64,000 nucleotides of DNA, taken from NCBI GenBank assembly GCA_963737265.1, contig CAVTRY010000021.1, positions 32,001-96,000 of the forward strand. Direction: 5' to 3'. Below are positions 21,526 through 30,818 of this stretch, piece after piece (position 1 is the first letter of the stretch; each line of letters begins with the position of its first letter). The notes beneath the pieces were generated by a model. That model ran no database searches. It saw only the letters and a list, made by a program, of their open reading frames with translations, and was not told the DNA's origin. The translations under genes and the position numbers were made by a program. Origin of the DNA: an uncultured delta proteobacterium (lineage in GTDB: Bacteria; Myxococcota_A; Polyangia; Fen-1088).

Positions 21526-22083
21526 CTAAAGAAAACTGGGCGCGCGAACCGGGTTACGCCATTTCAAGACTCGGAAAAACTCTTCCGCTCCCCAAGCCAG
21601 GCAATCGAGCGCCTCTTCGTTGATTTCGCCATCTTCGCGCAGAACCGAATGCTGCGCATGCACGTTGACGATCTCGGCGACGAACAAGTCGTGGCTGCCA
21701 AGCGGCAGCACGTGTCTCACCTGGCATTCGAGATTGATGGGGCATTCCAGAATGAGCGGTGCCGCGACCACCGCGGCGGGAACTTTACCGAGGCCGAGGG
21801 CGGAAAACTTATCGAGATCTTTCCCCGAGCGACTGCCGCACATGTCGACAACCGCGATTTGCTTCGAGGTAGGAATATTGACGACGAACTCCTTGGTCTC
21901 GCAGATGGTCGCATGGCTCAGGCGCGACTTGCGCAGCGACACGGTGACCATCGGCGGCGTCGTACAAGCCACGCCGGCCCAGCTGACGGTGATGATGTTG
22001 TCCTTACCGGCTGCATCGCGCGTACTGAGGAGCAGCACGGGCCGAGGAAAAACCCAGGTTTTCGCAGACATCTTCTTCTTCAT
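21526..22083 (-). CDS. flavin reductase family protein
   Basis: FPRPVLLLST, EFVVNIP, CGSRSGKDLDKF, ECPINLEC, GSHDLFVAEI. Confidence 0.9.
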   Translation of the reverse strand: MKKKMSAKTWVFPRPVLLLSTRDAAGKDNIITVSWAGVACTTPPMVTVSLRKSRLSHATICETKEFVVNIPTSKQIAVVDMCGSRSGKDLDKFSALGLGKVPAAVVAAPLILECPINLECQVRHVLPLGSHDLFVAEIVNVHAQHSVLREDGEINEEALDCLAWGAEEFFRVLKWRNPVRAPSFL

Positions 22084-22224
22084 GATTGGGCCCGCGGGCG
22101 CGGGGAGGTAAGCGTACCAGCCCGAACGGAGGGACACCATCACCCGACGGAGCGGCGAAGCGATTGGATCTCCGCGTCGAAGGTTCGGCGGGCAACCGGC
22201 TGCATCGAGGTGAACCGGCGCGTC

Positions 22225-23499
22225 CTATCTGCCAGCTCGCACTTGCAGTCGATACGCGATGCCTCCCGCGGCCAGCGTCGCGAGCCCTACGATGCTTTCG
22301 CCCGGACGTTGCACCATGGTAAACACCGTCGATCCCAACACGAAGGCGAGAAAGAGCCCTGGCACCCAGGGCCACCCCGGGACGGCAAGTTGCGGGCCTT
22401 CCTTGAGCCGTATCCGGCACAACCCCACAATGGTAGCCGCCGTGCAGATGCCGAGCGTGAACCCCACGTACGTCAGAATGCGCTCGAACGCCGCGGTCCA
22501 CAAAACGAGCAGCCCCAGCCCAAGTTGAGCAAGCAACGCCGCACGAGGTGGCCTGCCCGCCTGGGCGGCAAACAGACGCGGAAGCAACCCGTCGCCCGCC
22601 ATCCGTGCCGCCACCTGCGGGCCGGTCATGGTCAGCGCCGAAACGCACAGGGCAAGCGCGAGCGCCACCAGGCCCGAAACGGCCAAGGCCAGCCGCGGTC
22701 CACCCACGGCCGCGGCCGCGACGTGCGCCACGTCGATCCTTCCCGCCAGAACCGACGTCGGCGCCGCGAACACAAACAGGGCGTTGAGCCCAAGATAAAG
22801 AAACGTCACGATGGAGGTTCCGTAGACCAGCGACCTCGGCAGATTGCGTTGTGGATTTTTCACCTCGCCGCCGATGTAAACCGCGCCGTTCCAGCCGAAG
22901 TAGCTGTACGAAACGATCACCAGCGCCAGTCCCATTTTGCTGAAATGGCCGCCGACCGGCGTCATGTGAAAGCCATGCGGAAAAAGACGGCCGAGCCCAA
23001 ACGATGTGAACAAGATGATGAGAGCGACCTCGGCCACGACGACTGCCGCCTGAATGCGCGCACCCACCGACACGGAGGCGAAGTGAATCAGGGACACGCC
23101 GAGCAGGAGCACGGTCGCCGCGACATGGGGACCGATAGCGGCCGGCAGCCAGGGGCCCAGGTACTCTGCGAAGGCAAAGGCAAGCGCGCCCAGCGGCACC
23201 GCGAAACCCACAATCAGCGACAGCCAGCCCGCGATGTACGCCGCCGCCGGGTGCAAAGTCCGCGACAAAAAGACATATTCTCCCCCCGACTCGGGAATAC
23301 GCTGGGCCAAGGCGCCGTAGCAAAGCGCGCCCAGCAGTGCAACGATCCCGCCCAAAAGCCAAATCAAGAGTACCAGCCAGGGCGATCCGAGAAGGCCCAT
23401 GAGAATGCCGCTGGTGGTAAACACGCCTGTTCCCACCATGTTGGCCACGACCAGCGCGGTCGCCGCTCCCTGTCCAAGTCGTCGGTGTGGCTGGCTCAT
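22225..23499 (-). CDS. APC family amino acid permease
   Basis: NMVGTGVF, PESGGEY, YFGWN, EVKNPQRNLP; about 12 TM helices. Confidence 0.9.
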   Translation of the reverse strand: MSQPHRRLGQGAATALVVANMVGTGVFTTSGILMGLLGSPWLVLLIWLLGGIVALLGALCYGALAQRIPESGGEYVFLSRTLHPAAAYIAGWLSLIVGFAVPLGALAFAFAEYLGPWLPAAIGPHVAATVLLLGVSLIHFASVSVGARIQAAVVVAEVALIILFTSFGLGRLFPHGFHMTPVGGHFSKMGLALVIVSYSYFGWNGAVYIGGEVKNPQRNLPRSLVYGTSIVTFLYLGLNALFVFAAPTSVLAGRIDVAHVAAAAVGGPRLALAVSGLVALALALCVSALTMTGPQVAARMAGDGLLPRLFAAQAGRPPRAALLAQLGLGLLVLWTAAFERILTYVGFTLGICTAATIVGLCRIRLKEGPQLAVPGWPWVPGLFLAFVLGSTVFTMVQRPGESIVGLATLAAGGIAYRLQVRAGR

Positions 23500-23551
23500 A
23501 CGACACCAGTACAGCACAGCGCTGGCCTCGCCCGCAACCCAAGGCCTGAAG

Positions 23552-23761
23552 CCGCAATCCCGCGACAAGTGCAGCGACGCCGCGGAAGGCGGCAGAAAAA
23601 GGGCGCCTTTCCAGAATGGACGCGCCGCCCAGTTGGAGCGATGAAGGGTGGTCGTAAACGTCGTCGTCGCCGTGGGCGTGGCCCTGGCCGTGGCCGACGA
23701 AGATCACTCCGGCCGCAGCCACGGCCGACCACGACCTTCTGCGCCTATCGCGGGATTGCGG
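23552..23761. repeat. REP/MITE-like element, copy 2, with 14-bp terminal inverted repeats
   Basis: CCGCAATCCCGCGA (23552-23565) pairs with TCGCGGGATTGCGG (23748-23761); 23647-23760 is an inverted homologue of 18166-18279. Confidence 0.75.
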
Positions 23762-23775
23762 TGAAGCCCTGGAAT

Positions 23776-24429
23776 CTACCGGCGGTCTCCGACCGAGTGC
23801 TGGGCCACAAAGCGCTGCCATCGCTCGCGCTCGCCGTCGGATTCGTGGATGAGCTCGATGCCGACGCCGAACGGACATTCGCCTTGCGTATCGAGCTCGG
23901 TGACTCGATTCGCCCTTCCGTGCAACACGCATGGATTCGCCGCCCCATCGCCGACCGGCACGGACAATCGCACGACGTCGCCCACTGCCAACAAAACCGA
24001 AGTTTGCAGCAGCATCTCGTCGTCGCTCATGGTCTGGGCGTACCCTCGCGATTCCCCCTGGCCCACCGACGACGAAACCGACGAGGCAACGACCTGTACC
24101 GAGACGCACAAATTGGCGGAAGCGCGCGCCGAAACGCGCCGCAGGTCGCTGGCAACGCCGGCCAATCGTTTGAAAGTAACTGTCACCGGCGGCCCTGAAG
24201 CGACGCGCACGATGTGGCCGATGGCTGTATGCAGACCGGCCTGGTCGCTGAAGCGAAGGGTCGCTCGGCCTTCGGATTCGAGCCCGCTCGGCGGGGCAAG
24301 CAGCTCGGGAAAGGTGAGCAGCAACTCGCTCGGCCGCAGACTGAGCACGAAGCCGTTGAGCTGCACGGGGGTGTGCAGGTCTTCTATCGAGACCTCGACC
24401 CACTGTCCGGTAACTAGTTGGCCCTGCAT
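23776..24429 (-). CDS. PilZ domain protein (YcgR-like two-domain layout)
   Basis: N-terminal beta domain then RRVSAR (RxxxR); the DxSxxG motif is degenerate (TMSDDE). Confidence 0.7.
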   Translation of the reverse strand: MQGQLVTGQWVEVSIEDLHTPVQLNGFVLSLRPSELLLTFPELLAPPSGLESEGRATLRFSDQAGLHTAIGHIVRVASGPPVTVTFKRLAGVASDLRRVSARASANLCVSVQVVASSVSSSVGQGESRGYAQTMSDDEMLLQTSVLLAVGDVVRLSVPVGDGAANPCVLHGRANRVTELDTQGECPFGVGIELIHESDGERERWQRFVAQHSVGDRR

Positions 24430-24554
24430 GTGTTTTTCCTGGCCCAGGCAGTCGCGTCCACAGCCCAGCCAGCTCCGCAAGCCGGAGCCGGATGTTTCGG
24501 TGATTCGCGCCCGTCTAGTCTATCGACCGCCAGGCGGCAAACTTGACCGGCGAT

Positions 24555-25361
24555 TCAGTTCGCGCCGGGACGCCGGACATCTTCGGCGAACATCTCAGAG
24601 ACGTCGAAGTAGAGCTCCATGGCCTCGCCGCTATCCGCCTTGCGCGCAAGAACGACGTCGAACCGTCGCCCACCGTGACTGGCGACCGACTGGGATTCCA
24701 CAACGCAACCGAGCGCCTTGAGCACGACAGGCTCTTCTTGCACCCGATACACCGTCCATGCCGAATCGAAGCCGCGGCCATCGCCCTTGCCCACGATGGA
24801 CTCGGTCAAGACCTTGGCGATTTCGCGGTGAAAGTCCGCCTCGGCGGCACGGCCCGTACGTCGCAACGACATCCCCCGCAGGGTGTGTGCCCGAATGGAA
24901 GTCTGGTCGTCGGCCAGGATCTGACCCGACAGATCGAGCACGGCAGTATCGTCGTTCTTGGCCGAGGCTTCGCCCAGCTTGGTGTCGAGCGTGCGCGCCG
25001 TTTTCGCCAGCATGCCGTTGCGAAGATACAGCCGTCCACGCCGCAAACGAGCCAAGTCGGTGCGCGCGATTTCACTGCGCGCGCCAGTCTTCAGCGCAAT
25101 GGCGCGCTCGCGATAGTAGATGACGTCGTCCTCGGCATCTTCGGGCCTGGGCGTGACAGCGTAGGGGTCGGGCGCGGGCGCCGGCTTGGCCTTGGCGACC
25201 GGTTTCGTCGCCGGTGGCGGCGGCGCGGCCAGCGGTTGCGCCGGCGGCCTTACCTGTGTGGAGCTCGATCCGCAAGCTCCCGTGACGGCCAAGGCCAACA
25301 CCAGCACCCAGGCGGGGCCCGGGCCTGGAATCGCGCCTTCCGGTTTCATCGCTTGTCGCAT
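24555..25361 (-). CDS. DUF4919-like lipoprotein
   Basis: Lipobox TGAC, Pro-rich linker, SIVGKGDG...AWTV...EE...LG motif. Confidence 0.7.
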   Translation of the reverse strand: MRQAMKPEGAIPGPGPAWVLVLALAVTGACGSSSTQVRPPAQPLAAPPPPATKPVAKAKPAPAPDPYAVTPRPEDAEDDVIYYRERAIALKTGARSEIARTDLARLRRGRLYLRNGMLAKTARTLDTKLGEASAKNDDTAVLDLSGQILADDQTSIRAHTLRGMSLRRTGRAAEADFHREIAKVLTESIVGKGDGRGFDSAWTVYRVQEEPVVLKALGCVVESQSVASHGGRRFDVVLARKADSGEAMELYFDVSEMFAEDVRRPGAN

Positions 25362-25488
25362 GGTCCAGCCACCGTAGTCCGGTTCAGCCACGGACGCCAG
25401 GCCATCGTGACAGCTCGCACTTGCTCTCTCCGTCAAGGCAGGGCAGTTTACCCGCTCCGCTCCACCCATCACGCAAGGATTTCAATTC

Positions 25489-26148
25489 GTGCACGCACTC
25501 ATGGATCTGTTCCACAGGGTTTACGACGTCCAGGCAATCATCACCTGGGGCGGAATGGCCGCGCTCATCGCGGTGGTGTTCGCCGAGACCGGACTGTTCG
25601 TCGGCTTCTTCCTCCCCGGCGATTCGCTGCTGGTCACCGCCGGAGTGTTCTGTACGTCGGCCAACCCCACCGGCAAACCGCTGCTCAATATCCTGTCGCT
25701 GATCGTCGCCGTCAGCATCGCCGCCGTAGTCGGCGATCAGGTGGGCTTTTACATTGGCCGAAAAGCCGGCCCCAAACTTTTCAAACGAGAGAGCTCGCTC
25801 CTTTTCAACAGGAAGCACCTCGTGCGCACCCACGAATTTTACGAACGGCACGGCGGCAAGACCATCATCATCGCGCGCTTCATGCCCATCATCCGTACCT
25901 TCGCCCCCGTGGTGGCGGGCGTGGGCGACATGAACTATCGCCGCTTTGTCAGCTACAACGTCTTCGGCGGTATCGGCTGGGTGGTGAGCATGACCGGCAT
26001 CGGCTACGGGCTGGCAACAGTCTGGCCGGATGTCACCAAGCACATCGAGAAGCTCATCATTCTGGTCATCTTCCTGTCCTTGCTCCCCGGCATCATCAGC
26101 TACCTGCGCGCCACCATGGCCAAACGGAATGAAAAGCCCGCAACCTGA
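25489..26148 (+). CDS. dedA: DedA/VTT family membrane protein
   Basis: FAETGLFVGFFLPGDSLL, GDQVGF, ARFMPIIRTFAP. Confidence 0.93.
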   Translation: MHALMDLFHRVYDVQAIITWGGMAALIAVVFAETGLFVGFFLPGDSLLVTAGVFCTSANPTGKPLLNILSLIVAVSIAAVVGDQVGFYIGRKAGPKLFKRESSLLFNRKHLVRTHEFYERHGGKTIIIARFMPIIRTFAPVVAGVGDMNYRRFVSYNVFGGIGWVVSMTGIGYGLATVWPDVTKHIEKLIILVIFLSLLPGIISYLRATMAKRNEKPAT

Positions 26149-26650
26149 TAAGAAACGCCCGGCTGCCGCCAAGGGCGGCAAGGCCGCGCCAAGCGAGGCG
26201 CCCGCCGCGAAGCCGCTCAAGGTCGCCTTTCCCAAAAAGAATCAGCCGCCGACCGCCGCCGCCTTCGCCGCGCGCATGCCGCTGGCGCTCGGCAAGCGCT
26301 TCGAGATGGCGCGAGCTTTCTTGCTCAAGCAAGAAGGCATCACCGAGGACGTCTACTTCTACGGCCCCAAAACCGGCTGGGCCCTGCGCTACCTCTGCGG
26401 CGGCCAGCCCCTGTGCGCCCTGCTTCTGCACGACGATTCGCCCGTCGGCATCATTTCCCTGCCCGCCGCTGCAGCCGCCGTCGTCGACTGGAAAAGCCTC
26501 TCGCGCGTGGGCCAGCTCGCGCGCAAACACGCCCACGGCAGCCCCGCCATGTTGTGGCTGGACGTGCCCCTGGGCGGCACCGGCGTCGCCGATTTCAAAA
26601 CCATCGTGCGCGGCAAGCTGGCGAGCGCGGCCAAACAGGCATCCCTGTAG
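26129..26650 (+). CDS. DUF3788-like protein
   Basis: FYGPKTGWALRY...LCAL pattern; ATG 26129 overlaps the dedA end. Confidence 0.6.
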   Translation: MKSPQPDKKRPAAAKGGKAAPSEAPAAKPLKVAFPKKNQPPTAAAFAARMPLALGKRFEMARAFLLKQEGITEDVYFYGPKTGWALRYLCGGQPLCALLLHDDSPVGIISLPAAAAAVVDWKSLSRVGQLARKHAHGSPAMLWLDVPLGGTGVADFKTIVRGKLASAAKQASL

Positions 26651-26732
26651 CGTCGGCTCGACGCCAACGCAGCGCAAGCCCTGGCCGAAGCCATGCAATC
26701 GCGAGGCATGCGGGCGCTTTGAAAGAGATGCT

Positions 26733-27629
26733 CTAGACATGACTTACCAGCGGGGCTACCCAAAGCGGGCCGGCCAGCAAGTCATCGGGGACGCGGCGCA
26801 GATCCCATATCAGGCCGACCCCTTCGAGGCAGCGAAGGACGTAATAGGTCAGGTCGAATTCCCACCAAAAGAAGCCCTGCCTGGCCGAGCTAGGAAAGTG
26901 GTGATGATTATTGTGCCAACCTTCACCGGTTGTGATGATGGCTAAAAGCCAACTATTGCGGGAATTGTCCATGGTGACGTAGCGCTGCCGGCCGACGAGG
27001 TGGGCGAACGAATTGATGGCAAACGAGCCGTGCCAGACCATCACCGATGAGACGCCGAATCCCCAAACCAGGCCGTGGATTCCGCCCAGCAGCAGGCAGC
27101 CAAGGCCAATCGCCACGAAAGGGATGACCTGAATGCCCTCGCGGTCGAGCCAGCGCAGCTCGGGAAACTTGTACAGATCGGGAACTAGCTTGGCATCGGT
27201 CGAGCCCCACCGCCTGCTGAATAGCCAGCCCACGTGGGCGAAGGCAAAGCCGCGCAGCTTTGCCGAGTGCGTGTCGGGCTCGGTATCCGAGTATTTGTGG
27301 TGCCAGCGGTGATGACCGGCCCACCACAACACGCCCTTCTCGCCCGCGCTTTGGGCACCCACGGCGAGCAGGAACTGGAACACGCGCGACGTACTGAAAG
27401 AACGATGGGCGAAATAGCGGTGGTACCCGGCCGTCACCATGACCATGCGGACGAAGTAGATACCGACTGCTAGGGCTAAGCCTCTCCAAGACCACCCGGT
27501 GAGCACGACTCCCACCAGCGTTGCCACGTGAATCGCCAGCAATGGAAGGGGGCCCGCTTTGAGCCTCTCTAACCAGGACTCGGGCCTGGCCGAAACGCCA
27601 CCAACAGAATGCCCAACTTCCTCTTCCAC
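26733..27629 (-). CDS. acyl-CoA/fatty acid desaturase (delta-9 type)
   Basis: His boxes HRYFAH, HHRWHH, GEGWHNNHH. Confidence 0.93.
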   Translation of the reverse strand: MEEEVGHSVGGVSARPESWLERLKAGPLPLLAIHVATLVGVVLTGWSWRGLALAVGIYFVRMVMVTAGYHRYFAHRSFSTSRVFQFLLAVGAQSAGEKGVLWWAGHHRWHHKYSDTEPDTHSAKLRGFAFAHVGWLFSRRWGSTDAKLVPDLYKFPELRWLDREGIQVIPFVAIGLGCLLLGGIHGLVWGFGVSSVMVWHGSFAINSFAHLVGRQRYVTMDNSRNSWLLAIITTGEGWHNNHHHFPSSARQGFFWWEFDLTYYVLRCLEGVGLIWDLRRVPDDLLAGPLWVAPLVSHV

Positions 27630-27735
27630 CAGTTAAGCGTGGCGCGCATACCTCCAGGACCCTCCCACGGTTCGGTCATAATCCCGACACGACCCAAGCG
27701 CGCGAAATCGCATCCAGCGCCGGCCAGATCGAATG

Positions 27736-29052
27736 CTACGGCGGTAAGGTGATACGCCCTGGCGCACCGTTGGCACCGGTCTGGGTGTGACAGCTGTTGC
27801 AGTCGCCGGTGCTCGCGGTGGAAATCATCACCCGTTCGACGCCGGCTGCGTTCACGACCTTGGCGGTGTAAGGTGGCGACAAGCTCGTCGAGGAATAGAA
27901 ATTGCCGGCGGAATTGGGGGTCAAGGTGACGCTGGTGCCGTTACTGGCGGTGACGACCACCTTGACGCCGGTGTTTCCGTTGACGCCGTCGCAATTGTTC
28001 GGCTCATGCCCAGTCGGGTAGAGTGTGCCCGCAATGACGAATCTCGGCGCCTCGCCGCTGCGGCTGGCGTGGCAGGTGATGCAGGCCTGTCCTGGATCCA
28101 TGGATCCCGAGCCCTCGCCGCCACCATAGGTTACATTGCTGGTGCATGTTGGCGCCGCGTTGAGCGGATCCACCGGGGGCGCGCCGGCGTCGCCGCCGCA
28201 CGAGCCAGAGGGATAGCCGCCATTGATCCAATTCTGCAAGGTCAAGATCTCGGAGGAAGTTGCCGCCGACGCTGGGGCTGGCGGCATGGGCGAGGTCGTG
28301 CTTTGCATCCGCGCCAAAGCCACTTGGGCCTCGGTCATCGCAGTGTTTACTGGATCGGGGTTGGTCAGGTCGGCGTAGGTGACAAGCGATCGGGGAGCGC
28401 CGGCTGCCGGGGTTGTGCCGTGGCAAGTGTCGCAACGGTTGACAAGCAACGTCTTTACGTCGCAGGGCAAGCTGCCACTCGCGCCTCCGCCCGCCCCGCC
28501 TGACCCGACTTGGCTGGACCCTCCACTGCCACCGCCTGCCGCGCCTTGGCCTGCTCCGCCAGATCCGCCGCCGCTGGCGCCGCCGACGCCGCATGGGCCG
28601 GAGGGATAGCTGCTGGCAATCCAATTCTTCAGCGTCGTGATCTCGGTCGACGCGAGCGCCGATGCCGGAGCAGGTGGCATGGGCGAGGTCGTGCTCTGTA
28701 CGCGCTGCAAAGCAGCCTGAGCCTCGGTCATGGTGTTGTTCACAAGATCCGGTTTGGTCAGATCGGCAAAGGTCACAAGCGATCGGGGCGCACCGCCTGC
28801 CAAGACTGCGCCGTGGCAACTGTCGCAGTGATTGACCAGGATCGTCTGGAGGTCGCAGGGCAAGCCGACGCTCGCACCGCCGCCCTGGCCGCCTGGCTCG
28901 CCTGGATTCGAGCCACCGCCTGCCCCTCCGCCTGCCCCTGTGCCTCCTGCAGCACTCCCCACGCGGCTGGGAGTCGGACTGTAGGTGCAGCCTTGACTGG
29001 CGCTCATGAACAGCGGGATCACGACGGCAATGGCGGCTAGAGACGCTTTCAT
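27736..29052 (-). CDS. tetraheme c-type cytochrome lipoprotein
   Basis: Lipobox SQGC; four CxxCH (CDSCH, CDTCH, CITCH, CNSCH); two ~90-aa tandem monoheme repeats; GGAGG SD. Confidence 0.85.
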   Translation of the reverse strand: MKASLAAIAVVIPLFMSASQGCTYSPTPSRVGSAAGGTGAGGGAGGGSNPGEPGGQGGGASVGLPCDLQTILVNHCDSCHGAVLAGGAPRSLVTFADLTKPDLVNNTMTEAQAALQRVQSTTSPMPPAPASALASTEITTLKNWIASSYPSGPCGVGGASGGGSGGAGQGAAGGGSGGSSQVGSGGAGGGASGSLPCDVKTLLVNRCDTCHGTTPAAGAPRSLVTYADLTNPDPVNTAMTEAQVALARMQSTTSPMPPAPASAATSSEILTLQNWINGGYPSGSCGGDAGAPPVDPLNAAPTCTSNVTYGGGEGSGSMDPGQACITCHASRSGEAPRFVIAGTLYPTGHEPNNCDGVNGNTGVKVVVTASNGTSVTLTPNSAGNFYSSTSLSPPYTAKVVNAAGVERVMISTASTGDCNSCHTQTGANGAPGRITLPP

Positions 29053-29194
29053 GTTTCTGACCTCCCGGAAAAACAAGCTCGCGCTAGTCCGATTTCACTC
29101 TGTACCCTCGGCCCGGCGAAAGCAGGCGGGGGCTGCGCCCCATGGCGCCGTATCAGTGGTAGGGTTAGGGAACCGTTAGCCCGCTCCAAGACAG

Positions 29195-30112
29195 ATGCAA
29201 ATCGCAAGCCTCTTCCTTCTAGTGCTCCTTCCGCCAGCAGATGCCACCGGCGATATGGCGGTCGCCATCGAGACGTCGCTGCGTTACGAACTGGGTGAGG
29301 TGTCCATTGCCCTTGCGCCGGACACGTTGGTAACGCCCGCCATGTGGCAGGGGGCACACGGGCAGATGCACGCGCGCTTCGTGGCCCACCTCGTCTGGGA
29401 GCAGAAAGATCGGGCGAGCATCGAGCTCATTTCTCCGGCCTCGACCCCGGCCGGGCAGGGGGTCAGAACCGATCGCAAGCTGCCTTTCGCACCACAGGAC
29501 AGCGCAGCTGAACGCGGCCGCGCTATCGGGCTCGTCGTGGCTGAATTGATGCGGGAGTCACCGCCAGCGACGTGGATGGGAGCTCATGTGAGTCTCGCTG
29601 CGCCGCTGGCAAACCGGCCGTCGCAGGTTGCGATCGGCGGTCTGTTTGCCCTGGAACGGATCCGAAGCGGCGCCTGGGCCATGGGCCCCGAGCTAACCTA
29701 TGGCTTTGGCTTGGGCGGCGGCTTCCGTTTGCAAGCCTCGGCCACGGCACTGTTCAGTTCAAGCGATCAGTACTCAGAGGTTGGTGGCGGGGTCGGAATG
29801 GCGTGGGAGTTTCTTCGCGCGGAGAGCGGCCGTCACGCACTCGGCATCGGGGTAGAAGGTGACGCATTTCGCGAATCCGCCGCCGTTGTCTCGGACAACA
29901 GCAGCAGCATATCTCAATGGAACGCGGCGTTGGCGGCCGGCCTGAGCGGCCGTTTGACGGTCTGGCGTTGGCTCCGCTTGACCGGCCAGTGCGGCATGCG
30001 CGCGGCCGCGAGTGGCATGGCCTTGACGGTCGGGGAAGACCTTAATAGGAGAACGTACACGTTTTCGCGCTGGCGGCCTGCAGTTGCGTTAGGGCTTGAG
30101 CTTGCCCTTTGA
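29195..30112 (+). CDS. hypothetical exported protein with beta-barrel-like C-terminus
   Basis: Signal peptide, amphipathic strands, immediately upstream of the ECF sigma gene. Confidence 0.6.
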   Translation: MQIASLFLLVLLPPADATGDMAVAIETSLRYELGEVSIALAPDTLVTPAMWQGAHGQMHARFVAHLVWEQKDRASIELISPASTPAGQGVRTDRKLPFAPQDSAAERGRAIGLVVAELMRESPPATWMGAHVSLAAPLANRPSQVAIGGLFALERIRSGAWAMGPELTYGFGLGGGFRLQASATALFSSSDQYSEVGGGVGMAWEFLRAESGRHALGIGVEGDAFRESAAVVSDNSSSISQWNAALAAGLSGRLTVWRWLRLTGQCGMRAAASGMALTVGEDLNRRTYTFSRWRPAVALGLELAL

Positions 30113-30155
30113 TTACCGCCTGGCTGGGCGTGGCCCAGGGTACGAGTAGTGTGTA

Positions 30156-30818
30156 ATGGAACGCATGCCGAAGTTGCGAATCGTAGGAAGTCTCAGGGAA
30201 GGGCCAATCCAGGATCCAATCCACGATGGCCCGCCCGAGGCTCTTGACGATGCGCGCCTGGTGGCAGCCGTGCGCAGCGGCAACGTCGGCATGGCAGGCG
30301 CCTTCTACGACCGTACCCGCCCCGTGGTGCAGAAGACTGTGCGTAGGCTGCTCGGCGCGTCCGATAGCGATTTCGACGATATGGTTCAGGTCGCCATGAT
30401 CGAGCTGCTCCGCTCGCTCTACCGCTTTCGCGGCGAGTGTTCGCTCGACACCTGGACATCGACGATTTCTGCCAATGTGGTGTACAAGCACATTCGGCGC
30501 CGTGGCCTCGAGCGCACGATCTTTTCGCACGAGATTGTGGTCGACGACGTGCCGCGATCGTCGCACCAGCGTCCCGTCCTGCGCGGGATGGTGGAACGAG
30601 TCTTTCACCACCTGCAGCAGATGGCGCACGAGCGAGCGTGGACCTTTGTGCTGCACGATGTGCGCGGCTATTCGCTCGACGAGGTTGCGGGCATCACTGG
30701 AACAACCCTGGCGGCGGCGCAGTCGCGCCTGGTGCGCGGACGGCGCGAGCTACATGAACGCATCGCAAACGATCCCGAGTTGGCAGGCGGGCTCGACACT
30801 CTGGAGGATCCATCATGA
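30156..30818 (+). CDS. ECF RNA polymerase sigma factor
   Basis: Region 2 (DDMVQVAM...FRGECSLDTW) and region 4 (GYSLDEVA...QSRLVRGR). Confidence 0.93.
   Translation: MERMPKLRIVGSLREGPIQDPIHDGPPEALDDARLVAAVRSGNVGMAGAFYDRTRPVVQKTVRRLLGASDSDFDDMVQVAMIELLRSLYRFRGECSLDTWTSTISANVVYKHIRRRGLERTIFSHEIVVDDVPRSSHQRPVLRGMVERVFHHLQQMAHERAWTFVLHDVRGYSLDEVAGITGTTLAAAQSRLVRGRRELHERIANDPELAGGLDTLEDPS

Noticed and set aside
21649-24403. Long ORFs 21649-24198 (+) and 22004-24403 (-)
   Set aside because: Shadow or alternative frames over recognisable genes; Arg/Ala-rich translation typical of high-GC DNA
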